The notes under the pieces were generated by a model. The model had not been told where the DNA came from. It was given only the letters and a program-made list of their open reading frames with translations, and did not search any database. Below, piece by piece: positions 19,623 to 30,059 of a stretch of DNA of 55,096 nucleotides (position 1 is its first letter; each line of letters opens with the position of its first letter). The stretch lies in IMG/VR virus record IMGVR_UViG_3300045988_127072, positions 1 through 55,096 of that record, one strand, 5' to 3'. The position numbers and the translations under genes are program-made. The DNA is from a virus.

Positions 19623-19830
19623 GTCTTTTCGTTCACAAGATGTTCCGTACATCTTAATACGGGATATAAAAAATGCGGCAACCGATATAGAGGAGTCGGC
19701 CACCGCATCATATCCATTACTCTTAATGAATATATAATATCTTTCTATGCGAGACCTCTATCTATCGCTGTCGCTAAATTAATAAATAATACGGCAAACG
19801 CCAAATAATAGAATGATAAAAATAACCATT

Positions 19831-20016
19831 TCACGGAAATATGAATTCAATAAACTCGCCTGACCAGTTTTCACCTTCACGACAGAATTTATACACATCT
19901 CCAACCTTGTATAATATATAAACACATTCATCCATAACAGCAGCCTTCTCCGCGATTGAACGCATATGTTCCATCTCCCTCATTGACTTATTTCCTTGGC
20001 ACAAGCAGTTTTTCAT
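19831..20016 (-). CDS. hypothetical protein
   Basis: 61-aa ORF, 4-nt overlap with the upstream gene. Confidence 0.5.
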   Translation of the reverse strand: MKNCLCQGNKSMREMEHMRSIAEKAAVMDECVYILYKVGDVYKFCREGENWSGEFIEFIFP

Positions 20017-20531
20017 AGTTCACATCTCCTTATAAATTTCTCAATAGAGGGCATAAGCCTGTACGTAACATAATGCCTCCTTGCTTTGGAGCTTACCTTG
20101 AAAATTTTATAGCCATATTTCTTCTCAATATCAGAACCAAAAGAAACGCCATAGCTGGCAATCCTTATACCATTTGATATTGGTATTGCCGTGATGGAAC
20201 TATAAAAATCTCCACGTATGATAAGGTTTGGAGTATTGTTCCCTCTTGCAGAAAAACCCAGATATGAAGGTTTCGGTTTCTGTATCTTTGTCTTCCAATT
20301 TTTATAGCGTTCGGCGTTTTTCTTCCAATGCTCTCCATAAGTTTTTTTAAAGTATGGGTCCTCAGTATATCCAGGGATCAAAGGATTTTCATCTCCATCA
20401 ACACCACTATATAGCTGTTCTCGTACATATTCCTCAAACTGAGGAGCATCCTTTTCCATCTTATCCCTTATCATTGGCTGAATGCCATCAGCCAATTCCT
20501 TCCAACATCTCGCGTATTCCTCCAATGTCAT
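20013..20531 (-). CDS. hypothetical virion-module protein
   Basis: 172-aa ORF between the major tail candidate and the moron island. Confidence 0.55.
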   Translation of the reverse strand: MTLEEYARCWKELADGIQPMIRDKMEKDAPQFEEYVREQLYSGVDGDENPLIPGYTEDPYFKKTYGEHWKKNAERYKNWKTKIQKPKPSYLGFSARGNNTPNLIIRGDFYSSITAIPISNGIRIASYGVSFGSDIEKKYGYKIFKVSSKARRHYVTYRLMPSIEKFIRRCEL

Positions 20532-20546
20532 AGCAAAAACGGGGGA

Positions 20547-20738
20547 TCAATCTCCCCCGCCTCCTAAATTACTGTTATTGATAATTCTATTATATACGGA
20601 AACCAGCCTTGATTTCCGCCTTTTTCTAGAAATGTCCTTCCAGAATACATCTATATTCTGAGCGACAAACTCATCCAATGAAAGTTTGGCCACCTCGGAC
20701 TCTATAAATGTGACTCCATTAATTCTCATTGTACCCAT
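20547..20738 (-). CDS. hypothetical protein
   Basis: 63-aa ORF overlapping the end of 20726..21568 by 13 nt. Confidence 0.45.
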   Translation of the reverse strand: MGTMRINGVTFIESEVAKLSLDEFVAQNIDVFWKDISRKRRKSRLVSVYNRIINNSNLGGGGD

Positions 20739-21568
20739 TGTTCAATCCCAATGACCCCATTAGCCTGTAAAATAGAAGGAGATCTAAGCACCGGTACACC
20801 TCCTGTCGCTGTAAGCACACCGTTACTGTATCCCAGTGCTGACGCACCAGAAACGACTGTTGAAGCCTTCTCAGACAATACAGCGCCATAATATGCAGTA
20901 AGGTCTGTGCGGTCATAGTGATCCACGAGTTTATATGTATTCTCAGGAGATGTCATTTTCACAAATTCAACATAATTCAATCCCTTGAGAACATTTCCCA
21001 AATTGACACCCGCTTGCTTTACAGACATGTTTTTCATCATCTTCTCGGTATCGGAATACATCGCATTAAACGCAAGATAAGCCTTCTGACCGCTTGAATT
21101 ATAAGCCTGTCCTGTAGGGTAAACACCAGATAATGCAAAACCCGCAAGTTCATCTGTCCCGTCATCTTCTCCGTAGATTACATTATTCTTGTCAAAAACA
21201 TACATATCAAACAATGTATCCTTGTTGGCTACAAGATTAGCTTGTAAAGCTAGATTAAACTTACGCAACGTGAATGTATCCGTCCTTGCCGAATAGCCCG
21301 TTATTTCCGACCCGGCATAACCATTTTCTGTTGTATTGGGTTCACCGCCGCTTACCGCGTATTCCGAAAATCCTGTAATAGGATAAATTCTGTCCGGATA
21401 ATCAGCATGACAGGCTTCCTCCAAAGCCTCAGCAGTCAATTCTTTGGGCAGTTTTTTGCCATGAATGACCAATATAACACCTACGACCTTGTCCGGTTGC
21501 AGGGGGCAGTAACTCATTCCAGTATTAAATCCGGACGTGCTGCCGCACTCTCTAATATCTGTTCGCAT
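20726..21568 (-). CDS. major tail protein (positional call)
   Basis: 280-aa ORF following the head-tail joining genes; composition rich in Gly/Ser/Thr/Asn. Confidence 0.5.
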   Translation of the reverse strand: MRTDIRECGSTSGFNTGMSYCPLQPDKVVGVILVIHGKKLPKELTAEALEEACHADYPDRIYPITGFSEYAVSGGEPNTTENGYAGSEITGYSARTDTFTLRKFNLALQANLVANKDTLFDMYVFDKNNVIYGEDDGTDELAGFALSGVYPTGQAYNSSGQKAYLAFNAMYSDTEKMMKNMSVKQAGVNLGNVLKGLNYVEFVKMTSPENTYKLVDHYDRTDLTAYYGAVLSEKASTVVSGASALGYSNGVLTATGGVPVLRSPSILQANGVIGIEQWVQ

Positions 21569-22073
21569 AACAATTCTGATTTTTAACTGTTAAATCCAAA
21601 TTCTTTATTTCAATAGCATCTATCTTTTCGCCAACTTCCTTACCGTCAACATCAACAGCACCACGTCTTCCAAAACTATAATTTTCTGAATATGTATGGC
21701 TTACAATACCGGAGTAACCGAAATCAAATTTATCACCTTTTTTTAACTCTTCTATGAATCTGTAATACAAAGGTCGAAGAATACCTTCAAAAGATATCTC
21801 ACGACGTTGTTCATTTGTATACTTTTCCAGTGTATTGGTAGCGATTATTATGTTTACAGATGCCTTACAAAAATAATTCTCACTATCCCTTTCCTCGTCT
21901 AAGGGAACATACAGCCCTATCATTGGGAATTTTCCCGATGCTGTCACCCTGCTTTTCCCAAGAAGAAGAAGTGTTTCCCTTATATAAGAACTGTCACCAT
22001 ATATGTAATTTATCTGTTGATCCATTCTTTTTGACAAGGAAGCACATACATCTGATATTATATCGATTATCAT
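21552..22073 (-). CDS. head-tail joining / tail terminator-like protein (positional)
   Basis: 173-aa ORF, overlaps both neighbours. Confidence 0.45.
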   Translation of the reverse strand: MIIDIISDVCASLSKRMDQQINYIYGDSSYIRETLLLLGKSRVTASGKFPMIGLYVPLDEERDSENYFCKASVNIIIATNTLEKYTNEQRREISFEGILRPLYYRFIEELKKGDKFDFGYSGIVSHTYSENYSFGRRGAVDVDGKEVGEKIDAIEIKNLDLTVKNQNCYANRY

Positions 22074-22606
22074 ATTCCAAGAGAATTAATTGTTTCCAAC
22101 AATTCGAAATCGGTGGCGATATCCGGATAGTCCGCTTTATTTGATTTAAGCCACCTCACAAGTCTGATATTCATTCTTACCATGTCATTCCATGCGAATA
22201 TCATTTTCCTTTCTGGACTTACAAGACGACCGTCATCTTCGTCAGCCTTCACACCTGTAATAGTTGCCTGTGCATGATTATGTCTCAAATAATGAAAATA
22301 TATATAGTTGGCAATAGGGGATTTGGAAACCTCACTATCACCATCACTATATCTCACGACAAGACGCGCTATAAGATCATCCCATCTTTTTTCCTTCGTT
22401 TTCCCTTCGTTGGCAACATATGATGAGAATTCCTCATACAACTTCTCTCCAAGGAGTTTTCCCAGATATTCCGACTCATATTGCATTACAAAGCCTTGAA
22501 GGCTGTCAACTATCGCCTTATTAGTCTCAGAGGGAGTATGTATATTCAATACAGCACCCTCAATATCAAGAATACCTCCTTGAAAAAAAGTATAATCCAC
22601 TAACAT
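22070..22606 (-). CDS. head-tail connector/adaptor protein (positional)
   Basis: 178-aa ORF two genes downstream of the capsid gene. Confidence 0.45.
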   Translation of the reverse strand: MLVDYTFFQGGILDIEGAVLNIHTPSETNKAIVDSLQGFVMQYESEYLGKLLGEKLYEEFSSYVANEGKTKEKRWDDLIARLVVRYSDGDSEVSKSPIANYIYFHYLRHNHAQATITGVKADEDDGRLVSPERKMIFAWNDMVRMNIRLVRWLKSNKADYPDIATDFELLETINSLGI

Positions 22607-22824
22607 TACACAATATCTTTGAGGTTCTTCTTTTTATTGAACAAGTCTTCAGCACCGATTTTCTTAGCGTCCTCTATCAATTCCGTAGGAACGGTGGCAA
22701 CACGCCCATCTTGGAAGAACTTAGCTGCAAGTAACATATTAACACTTACCTTATCACCTTTTTTATAAGAAGCTCCGTCCTTTGCGAACTCAACCTCATA
22801 AGTTTTAGTCAAATTTACCTTCAT
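22606..22824 (-). CDS. small head-associated protein
   Basis: 72-aa ORF directly after the major capsid gene. Confidence 0.5.
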   Translation of the reverse strand: MKVNLTKTYEVEFAKDGASYKKGDKVSVNMLLAAKFFQDGRVATVPTELIEDAKKIGAEDLFNKKKNLKDIV

Positions 22825-22837
22825 AGCATATATAAAT

Positions 22838-24151
22838 TTATCCGCCGACAGCGACGGGGGTTATAGCTTCAATAACGGTTGCAATCTTATCCTTGACAAA
22901 AGCTGTTTTATATTGTTTTTTGATATAAACCATCAATCGTTTCTCACCAAGGATAGTCACCATATTTTTAGTGAAATCATCATTTTCCCACCCAAGTGTA
23001 ATGGTAAGGACCCATACATCACGGATGTTAAGATAGTTAAAATCTCCAACCCAAATATCACCTTGTTTGATTGCAGTGCTGGTTTCCACTCTCAGACCTT
23101 GAATCAGTTCATCACCAATACGGAAAGGACGAAGATATTGCCCATTAACATCCTTAGTCAACTGCATTTGTGCATAGTCAAGAGGATGCATGAGCACAAG
23201 GTTGGGGCGATAAGCCATATTGGACATTGACACAATCTGTGTATACATACCAACAATAACATCATAAGTGTTGGGCTTATCTACTTTCAGAGTTGTCAAG
23301 GAGAATGTAGGTATATCACTCCCAATCCCTTTAATCTGACCACCAGAACCAGTACCAGACAGAATACCTTCTTCTTCTTTCAAACCAATACGATTGATAA
23401 TCTCAGCCCTAACCTCCGCAACCAACTGAGGTAAATCAGATAATGTTTCTTCGGTTACTTTTGTGCCAAGAGCCACTTTGCCAGCATTGATAGTAACTTC
23501 TGACAATGTACCGCTCATCATAGGCTTAAGACCGCCTTCTGGAACCCATTCGGCTTCTTCTTCACCCGGATTGAACTCCGCATAAGTTAATGATCGTGTA
23601 GATATTGCTGCCACATTGGCAAATTTACGGATTACAGTCTGAGAACGCGGATCAACAGATAACTGACTATCAATTGTCATGTTATAATGTGGTGCCACAC
23701 CTGTACTCTTCAAGGGCTCAACATCCTTTTTGCTCATAACAAGTGTAAGGCTTTTCTTGAATCCAGGAGACTTCTTACAAGCTGTTTTCAAGTCCACGGA
23801 TTTCTCTCCATGTTTGCCTACAGTAATGAAATCCTTCAATTGCTCTTCAATCTGCTGGTCTACAGATTTGAAAACCGTTTCCCCATCTTCATTCTTATGC
23901 ATTGCACCCTTCATGCGAACAATTATCTCTTTCATCTCACCAAGTTCCTTACGCACTGTTTCCAATTCCTTTTCGGAGTCTATCTTTTGAGTAACCTCAT
24001 TTAATTTATCCTCAAAAGTTTTTTTGTCGATAGTATCGTTCATGAAATCACCTACAGTAGCGTTTATTGCGTCCTGCAACGCCTGTAATGACTTCACGGA
24101 AACCTCATCCATTCCCGACAAATCAATTTTGCTTAAAAAGTCAAATTTCAT
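22838..24151 (-). CDS. major capsid protein, HK97-like with N-terminal delta (scaffold) domain
   Basis: 437 aa. Coiled-coil N-terminus of about 100 aa. Follows the prohead protease with an ATGA overlap. Confidence 0.8.
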   Translation of the reverse strand: MKFDFLSKIDLSGMDEVSVKSLQALQDAINATVGDFMNDTIDKKTFEDKLNEVTQKIDSEKELETVRKELGEMKEIIVRMKGAMHKNEDGETVFKSVDQQIEEQLKDFITVGKHGEKSVDLKTACKKSPGFKKSLTLVMSKKDVEPLKSTGVAPHYNMTIDSQLSVDPRSQTVIRKFANVAAISTRSLTYAEFNPGEEEAEWVPEGGLKPMMSGTLSEVTINAGKVALGTKVTEETLSDLPQLVAEVRAEIINRIGLKEEEGILSGTGSGGQIKGIGSDIPTFSLTTLKVDKPNTYDVIVGMYTQIVSMSNMAYRPNLVLMHPLDYAQMQLTKDVNGQYLRPFRIGDELIQGLRVETSTAIKQGDIWVGDFNYLNIRDVWVLTITLGWENDDFTKNMVTILGEKRLMVYIKKQYKTAFVKDKIATVIEAITPVAVGG

Positions 24152-24882
24152 ACTTCTTTAAGTTTTAAAGGTTTTGTAAATATTTTTATTTTTTTATCGG
24201 CTCCCTCTTCATCAAGTGGCTTGCCTGCCGGCTTGTATCGAGCGAGTGACATCGCTTTTCTTATTAACGTTTGAACTTCCTCTCTCTTCCTTATTGGAAG
24301 TCCTTTACATACATCACTTATTTCAACCGGAAGTGATTCCAACGCACTTTCATATTCTTCTGCCGATTTCAGACCAAGATATTCAGTTTCCCCGTTACAT
24401 CCTATGGACACTACGGATATCTCATATAGAATAACTTCCTTTACAACCAAACAGTCACGTTCCCTATCATATTCACATTTTTCCCATACATAACTATAAC
24501 CTATAGAGAACTGGTTCAAAGTTCCACTTTCAAGCTGTTTCAACGCTTGATTCCCTCTTTCCACATCATCAATAGACGCTTCAAAGTAAAGCCCTTTCTC
24601 ATCTTCTTGCAGAAGCGTAATGCGTCCTATAGGTTCATGCATGTCATGCATCCACAACATGATAATCTTATCATTAGCAGAACTTTCCGGACCTCTCTCC
24701 TGTATACTTTTTGAGAAACATCCTTTCAAGAGCATATCACCGGACTTATCAATGTTATTGAAAATTGCGGCATAACCACTGATAGTTCTGCTGCCAGAAT
24801 CATATTGTATCTCCTTTGCATTAAAAGATAAGGATTTATACTGCATCCCCAGCCTGTCCTTGTATTTGCTTGTCTCCATCAT
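24148..24882 (-). CDS. prohead serine protease, HK97 (S78) family
   Basis: ISGYAAIFNNIDKSGDMLLKGCF...LWMHDMHEPIGR...FSIGY matches the S78 pattern. An alternative start (MQYKSL, 24846) is possible. Confidence 0.8.
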   Translation of the reverse strand: MMETSKYKDRLGMQYKSLSFNAKEIQYDSGSRTISGYAAIFNNIDKSGDMLLKGCFSKSIQERGPESSANDKIIMLWMHDMHEPIGRITLLQEDEKGLYFEASIDDVERGNQALKQLESGTLNQFSIGYSYVWEKCEYDRERDCLVVKEVILYEISVVSIGCNGETEYLGLKSAEEYESALESLPVEISDVCKGLPIRKREEVQTLIRKAMSLARYKPAGKPLDEEGADKKIKIFTKPLKLKEV

Positions 24883-26215
24883 TATTTATTTCTATTTTAA
24901 ATTCCCCTTTTGGGTTATCCGGATTAATATCTGTAAAATTAGACATCTCAGTTCTTGCCTCCTCAAAAGTAATCAGCCGGTTGTTATACAATGAAGCTAT
25001 AGCATTAGAGGCCGTAGACAAGGCATCCGCCAACTCTTTCATGTCCTTTTGAAGACAAGCGACATGAGTAAAGTCCATTTTGATTATTGCTCTGTCCTTA
25101 CATATAGCATTAGTCAAAGCCTCTGTTATACATTCACTGTCAGGAATAATAAGATCCTGATATGCCGCTTTCTTTGCCTGAGAAGAGTTATCATAAGTAC
25201 TTCCTTGTATAATCAGATTGGCGTCAAAACCTATGGTCTGAGCTATCGCCTCCAAACACGCCTTATCTTCCTCATGAAGCTTCAATTGTTCCGTATTTGA
25301 TCCTAATGTAATCCATCCCAGTTTCTTAGGAGTCACCATGATTTCATACAACTTATGCACTATGCCATATTTCCTTTTAAAATCATTCTGCAATTTTTGG
25401 GATTCAGACGGAGTAATGGCGGCATTCCCTACATCAGTCGTATCATTCCCGTACAATATCCCTTTTGGACCTCCATTAACTATAAGATTTCCTCTCCCTA
25501 TCAGTTGAGCCATATAGTTTCGCGTATGCGAAGATAATGCGTCTACAGGGGAATGGAAGGCAATTTTCCCTCCATTATTGCTTGGAATATCCATTATTGA
25601 ATCGTATATGACAAAATATTCCTCATCCCCAAGCTCTATATTTACATCTCCCCAACGTATATATACCCTTTTAGCAATTGAAGAAAGTTCTGTCTGAGTA
25701 AATGGGTCTTTACCGAATGATTCCATATAAAATAATTCGGGAGGTATTACCATCATGGATTTAGGCAGGTCGGATTTTAAAGCTCTCAATGTATAAATAG
25801 GGCAAAATCCGAAACATTTTAAGGATATCTCAACCTGTTTTATAAAGGAACGCCCACTCTGTATTATATTTGGACGATTTAAGAGAGTCACAATATCTTT
25901 AAAACTCCTCTTTTCATTCCCGTTCATATCTGTCACGTAATATCTTCCGTTCTGAATCATTCTTCCGCAATGATCTAGAACCATTGCAAACGGCCAACAT
26001 TCATGCAAGGCTCTTGCTTTCCCCTCAACAGTAGACATATCGTAATCTATATTTCCTTTATTGCCAGGAAACAGGCTCTCTACCCATTTAGGTACATAAA
26101 TAAAATTACCCCCATCATCCTTACCATGATAGGTGGCTTCATCATACATATCCTTATTTGACTTCTTTAAAGAAGGTATCTTAAACCAGTGTCTCATATA
26201 CAACAATAAAGGCAA
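24836..26215 (-). CDS. portal protein
   Basis: 459-aa ORF between terminase and protease; the exact start is uncertain. Confidence 0.75.
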   Translation of the reverse strand: MPLLLYMRHWFKIPSLKKSNKDMYDEATYHGKDDGGNFIYVPKWVESLFPGNKGNIDYDMSTVEGKARALHECWPFAMVLDHCGRMIQNGRYYVTDMNGNEKRSFKDIVTLLNRPNIIQSGRSFIKQVEISLKCFGFCPIYTLRALKSDLPKSMMVIPPELFYMESFGKDPFTQTELSSIAKRVYIRWGDVNIELGDEEYFVIYDSIMDIPSNNGGKIAFHSPVDALSSHTRNYMAQLIGRGNLIVNGGPKGILYGNDTTDVGNAAITPSESQKLQNDFKRKYGIVHKLYEIMVTPKKLGWITLGSNTEQLKLHEEDKACLEAIAQTIGFDANLIIQGSTYDNSSQAKKAAYQDLIIPDSECITEALTNAICKDRAIIKMDFTHVACLQKDMKELADALSTASNAIASLYNNRLITFEEARTEMSNFTDINPDNPKGEFKIEINNDGDKQIQGQAGDAV

Positions 26216-26494
26216 CCGCCGTTATAATACAGCAATTGCCTCCACAGTGATCACGTTCTAAAAGTGGGTATGGTGCAACTTCACACCATGAAGGCAATTG
26301 CCTGTTACAAAGGAACAAATTAATTTATTAATTAACAAGTAATTCAAATATTATTTTCGTTTAATATAAATTAAAATAATAAACTTCCAATTTATATACT
26401 CTAAAAATACCCATATTAAAAAAAGACCAACATTTTTTGTACAACATCCGATATTTTTTTGCCAAAGTTTTGATATATCTTAAAAATATACCAA

Positions 26495-28507
26495 TTATAT
26501 ATTATATTTTTTCGATACGTAATAAGACAGTGCTGCTACAGAATAAATTGCAGCGCAATCATCTGAACCATTATAGTCCAATACTCCATCCATAAACTCA
26601 TTGTATTGCGGTGTCTTGTCATAGTCTGAACGGAACATCACATTATTTTTGATAAAATCCAAAAAAGCAGATATCCTAGCGTCTGCTCCCATATTTTTAT
26701 GTATGATTCTGACATCATATCTATCCCTTAAGCCCCGTGCTATAGGAAAATAATTTTTTTCACTTTCAAACAAGATCTCCGCAGGAGATATCCCTTCTAA
26801 AAATGACAGAAGAACATTTTCATCAAATGAACTTATATATGTCACATTATCGATATATATTCGCTCATTTACATAACATGAAACCATAATAAACTTTCCG
26901 GCATATTCGGGAAGAACATATACAAGTCTTGTCCCCTGAATATTTTTAGATATATCATAATATCTCATATCTTTATTTTCCTGCTTAATTTTACTTCGTT
27001 TTCTTTTTAAGGAGAAACGAGTATATTCATCCTTAAACACCCATACGGTAATATAACGTAAGCAGTCGCAAATGTGCCCGTACTTCTCATAAGACTGCCC
27101 CGTAACCTTATCCTTAACTCTCGTCTTCAACATTCCACCGTTAACATCCTTCTTGGCATTATTATAATCAACAACTGAATTCTTACATCCGTCATCTACT
27201 GAAAAACACATTCCGGAACCACCATCAAGCATGTAATTGACAAACTCACCAGACATGGGCACGGACGGATTAGAATATGGTATCCTTTCTTCGACATGGT
27301 AAGTACCTTCCAGCCCTTCTACGAACTTGTCAAGGAATGACCTCTTTTCATCATCTATAGTATTCCCATTCCTTGTTGAAGCGTCACCATATAAATACAG
27401 CATATCATTGTATCTGATTGACCGCAGATAATCAACAGCCATCCGAGATGCCTGCGTTACTGTGTTAAAGGGATCACCGGCACATATCTCATTAAACTGC
27501 CTTATATGACTTCCGTCCACTTGATAAAAACAAATCGAAATATAGGGAAGAACATTGTTATCAATAGAAATATGCACAGGAAGTCCCTTGATATATCGTG
27601 TTGTTTTAATATGCCTATTAGAATCGAAAGCATATAGAAACTCACCCCCCGTCATAATACTACCCCATTCACCCAGCGCATATACCCGGTAATAGTTGTA
27701 ATCATGTTCCTTGTACCATTGATAATTGGATATTGCCTGCCTGTCATAATATCCATATTTACCGTCCGGAGAACCAACCACCCAAAAATTATTTTTATAA
27801 GACGAATGCAGTTCTATTGTATCCGATGGGTACTTTTCCAGCTTTCCTGTACGTTCATTGGCGATCATTCTAGGTTTGCAACCCCGTTTCCCTAATATTG
27901 TGCTGTATGCCTTTGGCAAAGAACTTTTAGTAAGAGGATTTTTCACTTCGCCATATAGTTCATTTGGAAGATCGTCCCATTCATAAGTATCAAGAATTTT
28001 CGTTTTAATCCATGAATCCTCAGATACAGGATTAAAATTGCATATTATCTGCAACCCTTCCTTACCTCTAAGACGGAAACGTATCTGAGTAAAATCTTCA
28101 TATTCGAACTCGGTTGCTTCTTCCATCACTATCCAACGATATCCAGTGATAGACTTTATTTTTTCAGGATCATCAAGCCCTGTAAAGTCAATTTTACAAC
28201 CATTTACACAAGTTATATTATTTTCCTTAGGCACAAAGAACTGACTCAGTTGAAGAGCCTTTAGTTGGGTCTTAAACTCTTCATACACTGTATTCCTCAG
28301 ACTAGTTCCCACTTTTCTTACAACAAGAGCCGAACCTTCGCAAGAAAATACAGACAACAACACAGCCTGTGTCGTAGATACAGATTTTCCCGATGAAGAA
28401 CCACCTCTGTTTATAATGTACCTGATATTCTTGTCATGCATAGCCTTACGGATATGCCAAAACAGAGGATTGAACAACTTATGTGAGAATACCATCTCTA
28501 TCATCAC
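26495..28507 (-). CDS. terminase large subunit
   Basis: Walker A RGGSSSGKS, Walker B-like WIVMEEATEF, 670 aa, ATGA overlap with the small subunit. Confidence 0.9.
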   Translation of the reverse strand: MMIEMVFSHKLFNPLFWHIRKAMHDKNIRYIINRGGSSSGKSVSTTQAVLLSVFSCEGSALVVRKVGTSLRNTVYEEFKTQLKALQLSQFFVPKENNITCVNGCKIDFTGLDDPEKIKSITGYRWIVMEEATEFEYEDFTQIRFRLRGKEGLQIICNFNPVSEDSWIKTKILDTYEWDDLPNELYGEVKNPLTKSSLPKAYSTILGKRGCKPRMIANERTGKLEKYPSDTIELHSSYKNNFWVVGSPDGKYGYYDRQAISNYQWYKEHDYNYYRVYALGEWGSIMTGGEFLYAFDSNRHIKTTRYIKGLPVHISIDNNVLPYISICFYQVDGSHIRQFNEICAGDPFNTVTQASRMAVDYLRSIRYNDMLYLYGDASTRNGNTIDDEKRSFLDKFVEGLEGTYHVEERIPYSNPSVPMSGEFVNYMLDGGSGMCFSVDDGCKNSVVDYNNAKKDVNGGMLKTRVKDKVTGQSYEKYGHICDCLRYITVWVFKDEYTRFSLKRKRSKIKQENKDMRYYDISKNIQGTRLVYVLPEYAGKFIMVSCYVNERIYIDNVTYISSFDENVLLSFLEGISPAEILFESEKNYFPIARGLRDRYDVRIIHKNMGADARISAFLDFIKNNVMFRSDYDKTPQYNEFMDGVLDYNGSDDCAAIYSVAALSYYVSKKYNI

Positions 28508-28998
28508 TCGTCCCCAATTATCATGCGCACATTAGTACTGACATCACTTTTTACCGGAGCATCCCATCCAAGCATCTTGCTTATCTGTGTAATGGCGGCT
28601 ATCTTGCTGTATAGCCGTATCTCCACTCCATATTGAGTGTTCTTAATTGACTGTATGCATAGACGGACGGATTTCGGAATATTCTCAACAGACTTTACCA
28701 TATATGTATCTTTACCAGAGGACAGCAGATCTATCGGATCAACATTCACCACGCTTGCAAGAAAGCGAAGCACATCATCCTTCTTCATATCAAACCTCTC
28801 GCAAGCCTCAACCTGAAGCTCATTCAACCGGGAGGCCACATCTGAATTTTTAAGAAGGTCAAACGCACGTTTGCGCACAGTTCCGTCCTTCCAATTCACA
28901 CTGCACGGATAAGCTTTCCGATACGCCTCTGATGCGTTACCCGTTTCTATATAATAGTGGCAAAATTTTTCTCTATTTATTACAAGTTTCTTTTTCAT
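28504..28998 (-). CDS. terminase small subunit
   Basis: FCHYYIETGNASEAYRKAY is typical of the Terminase_2-type N-terminus. Sits immediately upstream of TerL. Confidence 0.7.
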   Translation of the reverse strand: MKKKLVINREKFCHYYIETGNASEAYRKAYPCSVNWKDGTVRKRAFDLLKNSDVASRLNELQVEACERFDMKKDDVLRFLASVVNVDPIDLLSSGKDTYMVKSVENIPKSVRLCIQSIKNTQYGVEIRLYSKIAAITQISKMLGWDAPVKSDVSTNVRMIIGDE

Positions 28999-29055
28999 AA
29001 AAGTCTTTTCGTCCGAAGAACGTACCGCGCTCCTTTACACGGGATTATTACAATT

Positions 29056-29063
29056 CAAAGTTA
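29056..29063 (-). promoter_or_regulatory. candidate Bacteroidota -7 promoter box (TAACTTTG) for the packaging/late operon
   Basis: Minus strand matches TAnnTTTG, with a TTTG 18 nt upstream (29082..29085), about 58 nt before the TerS ATG. The motif alone is weak evidence. Confidence 0.35.
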
Positions 29064-29274
29064 CGGAAAATATGAATAAAACAAAAAAAAACATACCATT
29101 TAATTCCTGTACCCTAAAAGTGCCCTAAATTCATTGCTAAAATTCAAGTTTAAGCTCATTCATAGGATTAACTTTCTTTTTTCCACCTTTCGCTTTCCGA
29201 TATACATCGTCAATCAATTATTTAAGCTCGTTGATGTAGCTTTCAAGGGATGTTGCAGGCATCCCTTTCTCTTT

Positions 29275-29544
29275 TTAAAACCTGCCATTTCTATCTACCA
29301 TTCTCTTTTCAGCATCAGTGGCTTGTCTTTTGGGAAATTTCCCATGCCACTTCCCCGGTATCATACGCGGATTTTCCCCTTTACTGTCAAATATCAATCT
29401 CCCACACTCCGAGCACAACGGTTTTCCTTCAAACTCCTTTATGCTTGCATCATACTCTATGGGAAAGATTTTATGTACAACAGGCCAATAATCCGATGTG
29501 GCTGTATTCTCAACACAACCACATTTGCTACAAGGCATAATCAA
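29275..29544 (-). CDS. zinc-ribbon protein
   Basis: CSKCGC...CSECG cysteine pairs. Preferred over the antisense 163-aa plus ORF. Confidence 0.6.
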   Translation of the reverse strand: MIMPCSKCGCVENTATSDYWPVVHKIFPIEYDASIKEFEGKPLCSECGRLIFDSKGENPRMIPGKWHGKFPKRQATDAEKRMVDRNGRF

Positions 29545-29691
29545 TATCTTTTTCCGTTCAACATATGTCTTAATTCATTGTATCTTATCTTCTGTTCGAT
29601 ATGCCAAAGCAAATCTACGCCATAGTCTTCCGACCATCCAATACCGCTTGGGTTAATCCTAATTTATCGTTGAAAAATATCTTCTTCATAA

Positions 29692-30057
29692 TCATATAAG
29701 TTTTAATGCTTCCTGTAATCCTGCTTCCCGTGCTTCCTCGTAGGTATTATAACGGACAATAGGTCTGTCAGACAATCCTATCAAGTCATGGGTAGGTATT
29801 GTCAGAATATCGTAAAGCCAATAATCTCCATACATATAGCCTATTTCAATATGGAGACATTTAGTGTCACGCAGCCACTTTTGTGCAATGGACTGAGCGG
29901 GACGACTATAACACAATTTTGGCAAATCCTTATTCGTTCGGAACACAGATTGCATTATCCGATTATCGTCTTCTTTAATAATATCTTTGCAATACTCATT
30001 AAACCCTTTCTCTTTCAGCAGCTTTGCTGTTTCTAATGCTACAAGTTCTTCGGTCAT
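29692..30057 (-). CDS. hypothetical early protein
   Basis: 121-aa ORF in the minus-strand early array. Confidence 0.6.
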   Translation of the reverse strand: MTEELVALETAKLLKEKGFNEYCKDIIKEDDNRIMQSVFRTNKDLPKLCYSRPAQSIAQKWLRDTKCLHIEIGYMYGDYWLYDILTIPTHDLIGLSDRPIVRYNTYEEAREAGLQEALKLI

Positions 30058-30059
30058 GG

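Noticed and set aside
29134-29625. 163-aa plus-strand ORF upstream of the terminase genes
   Set aside because: Its sequence is hydrophobic, low-complexity and Phe/Leu/Ile-rich, and it overlaps a minus-strand zinc-ribbon ORF (29275..29544) that fits the operon direction.
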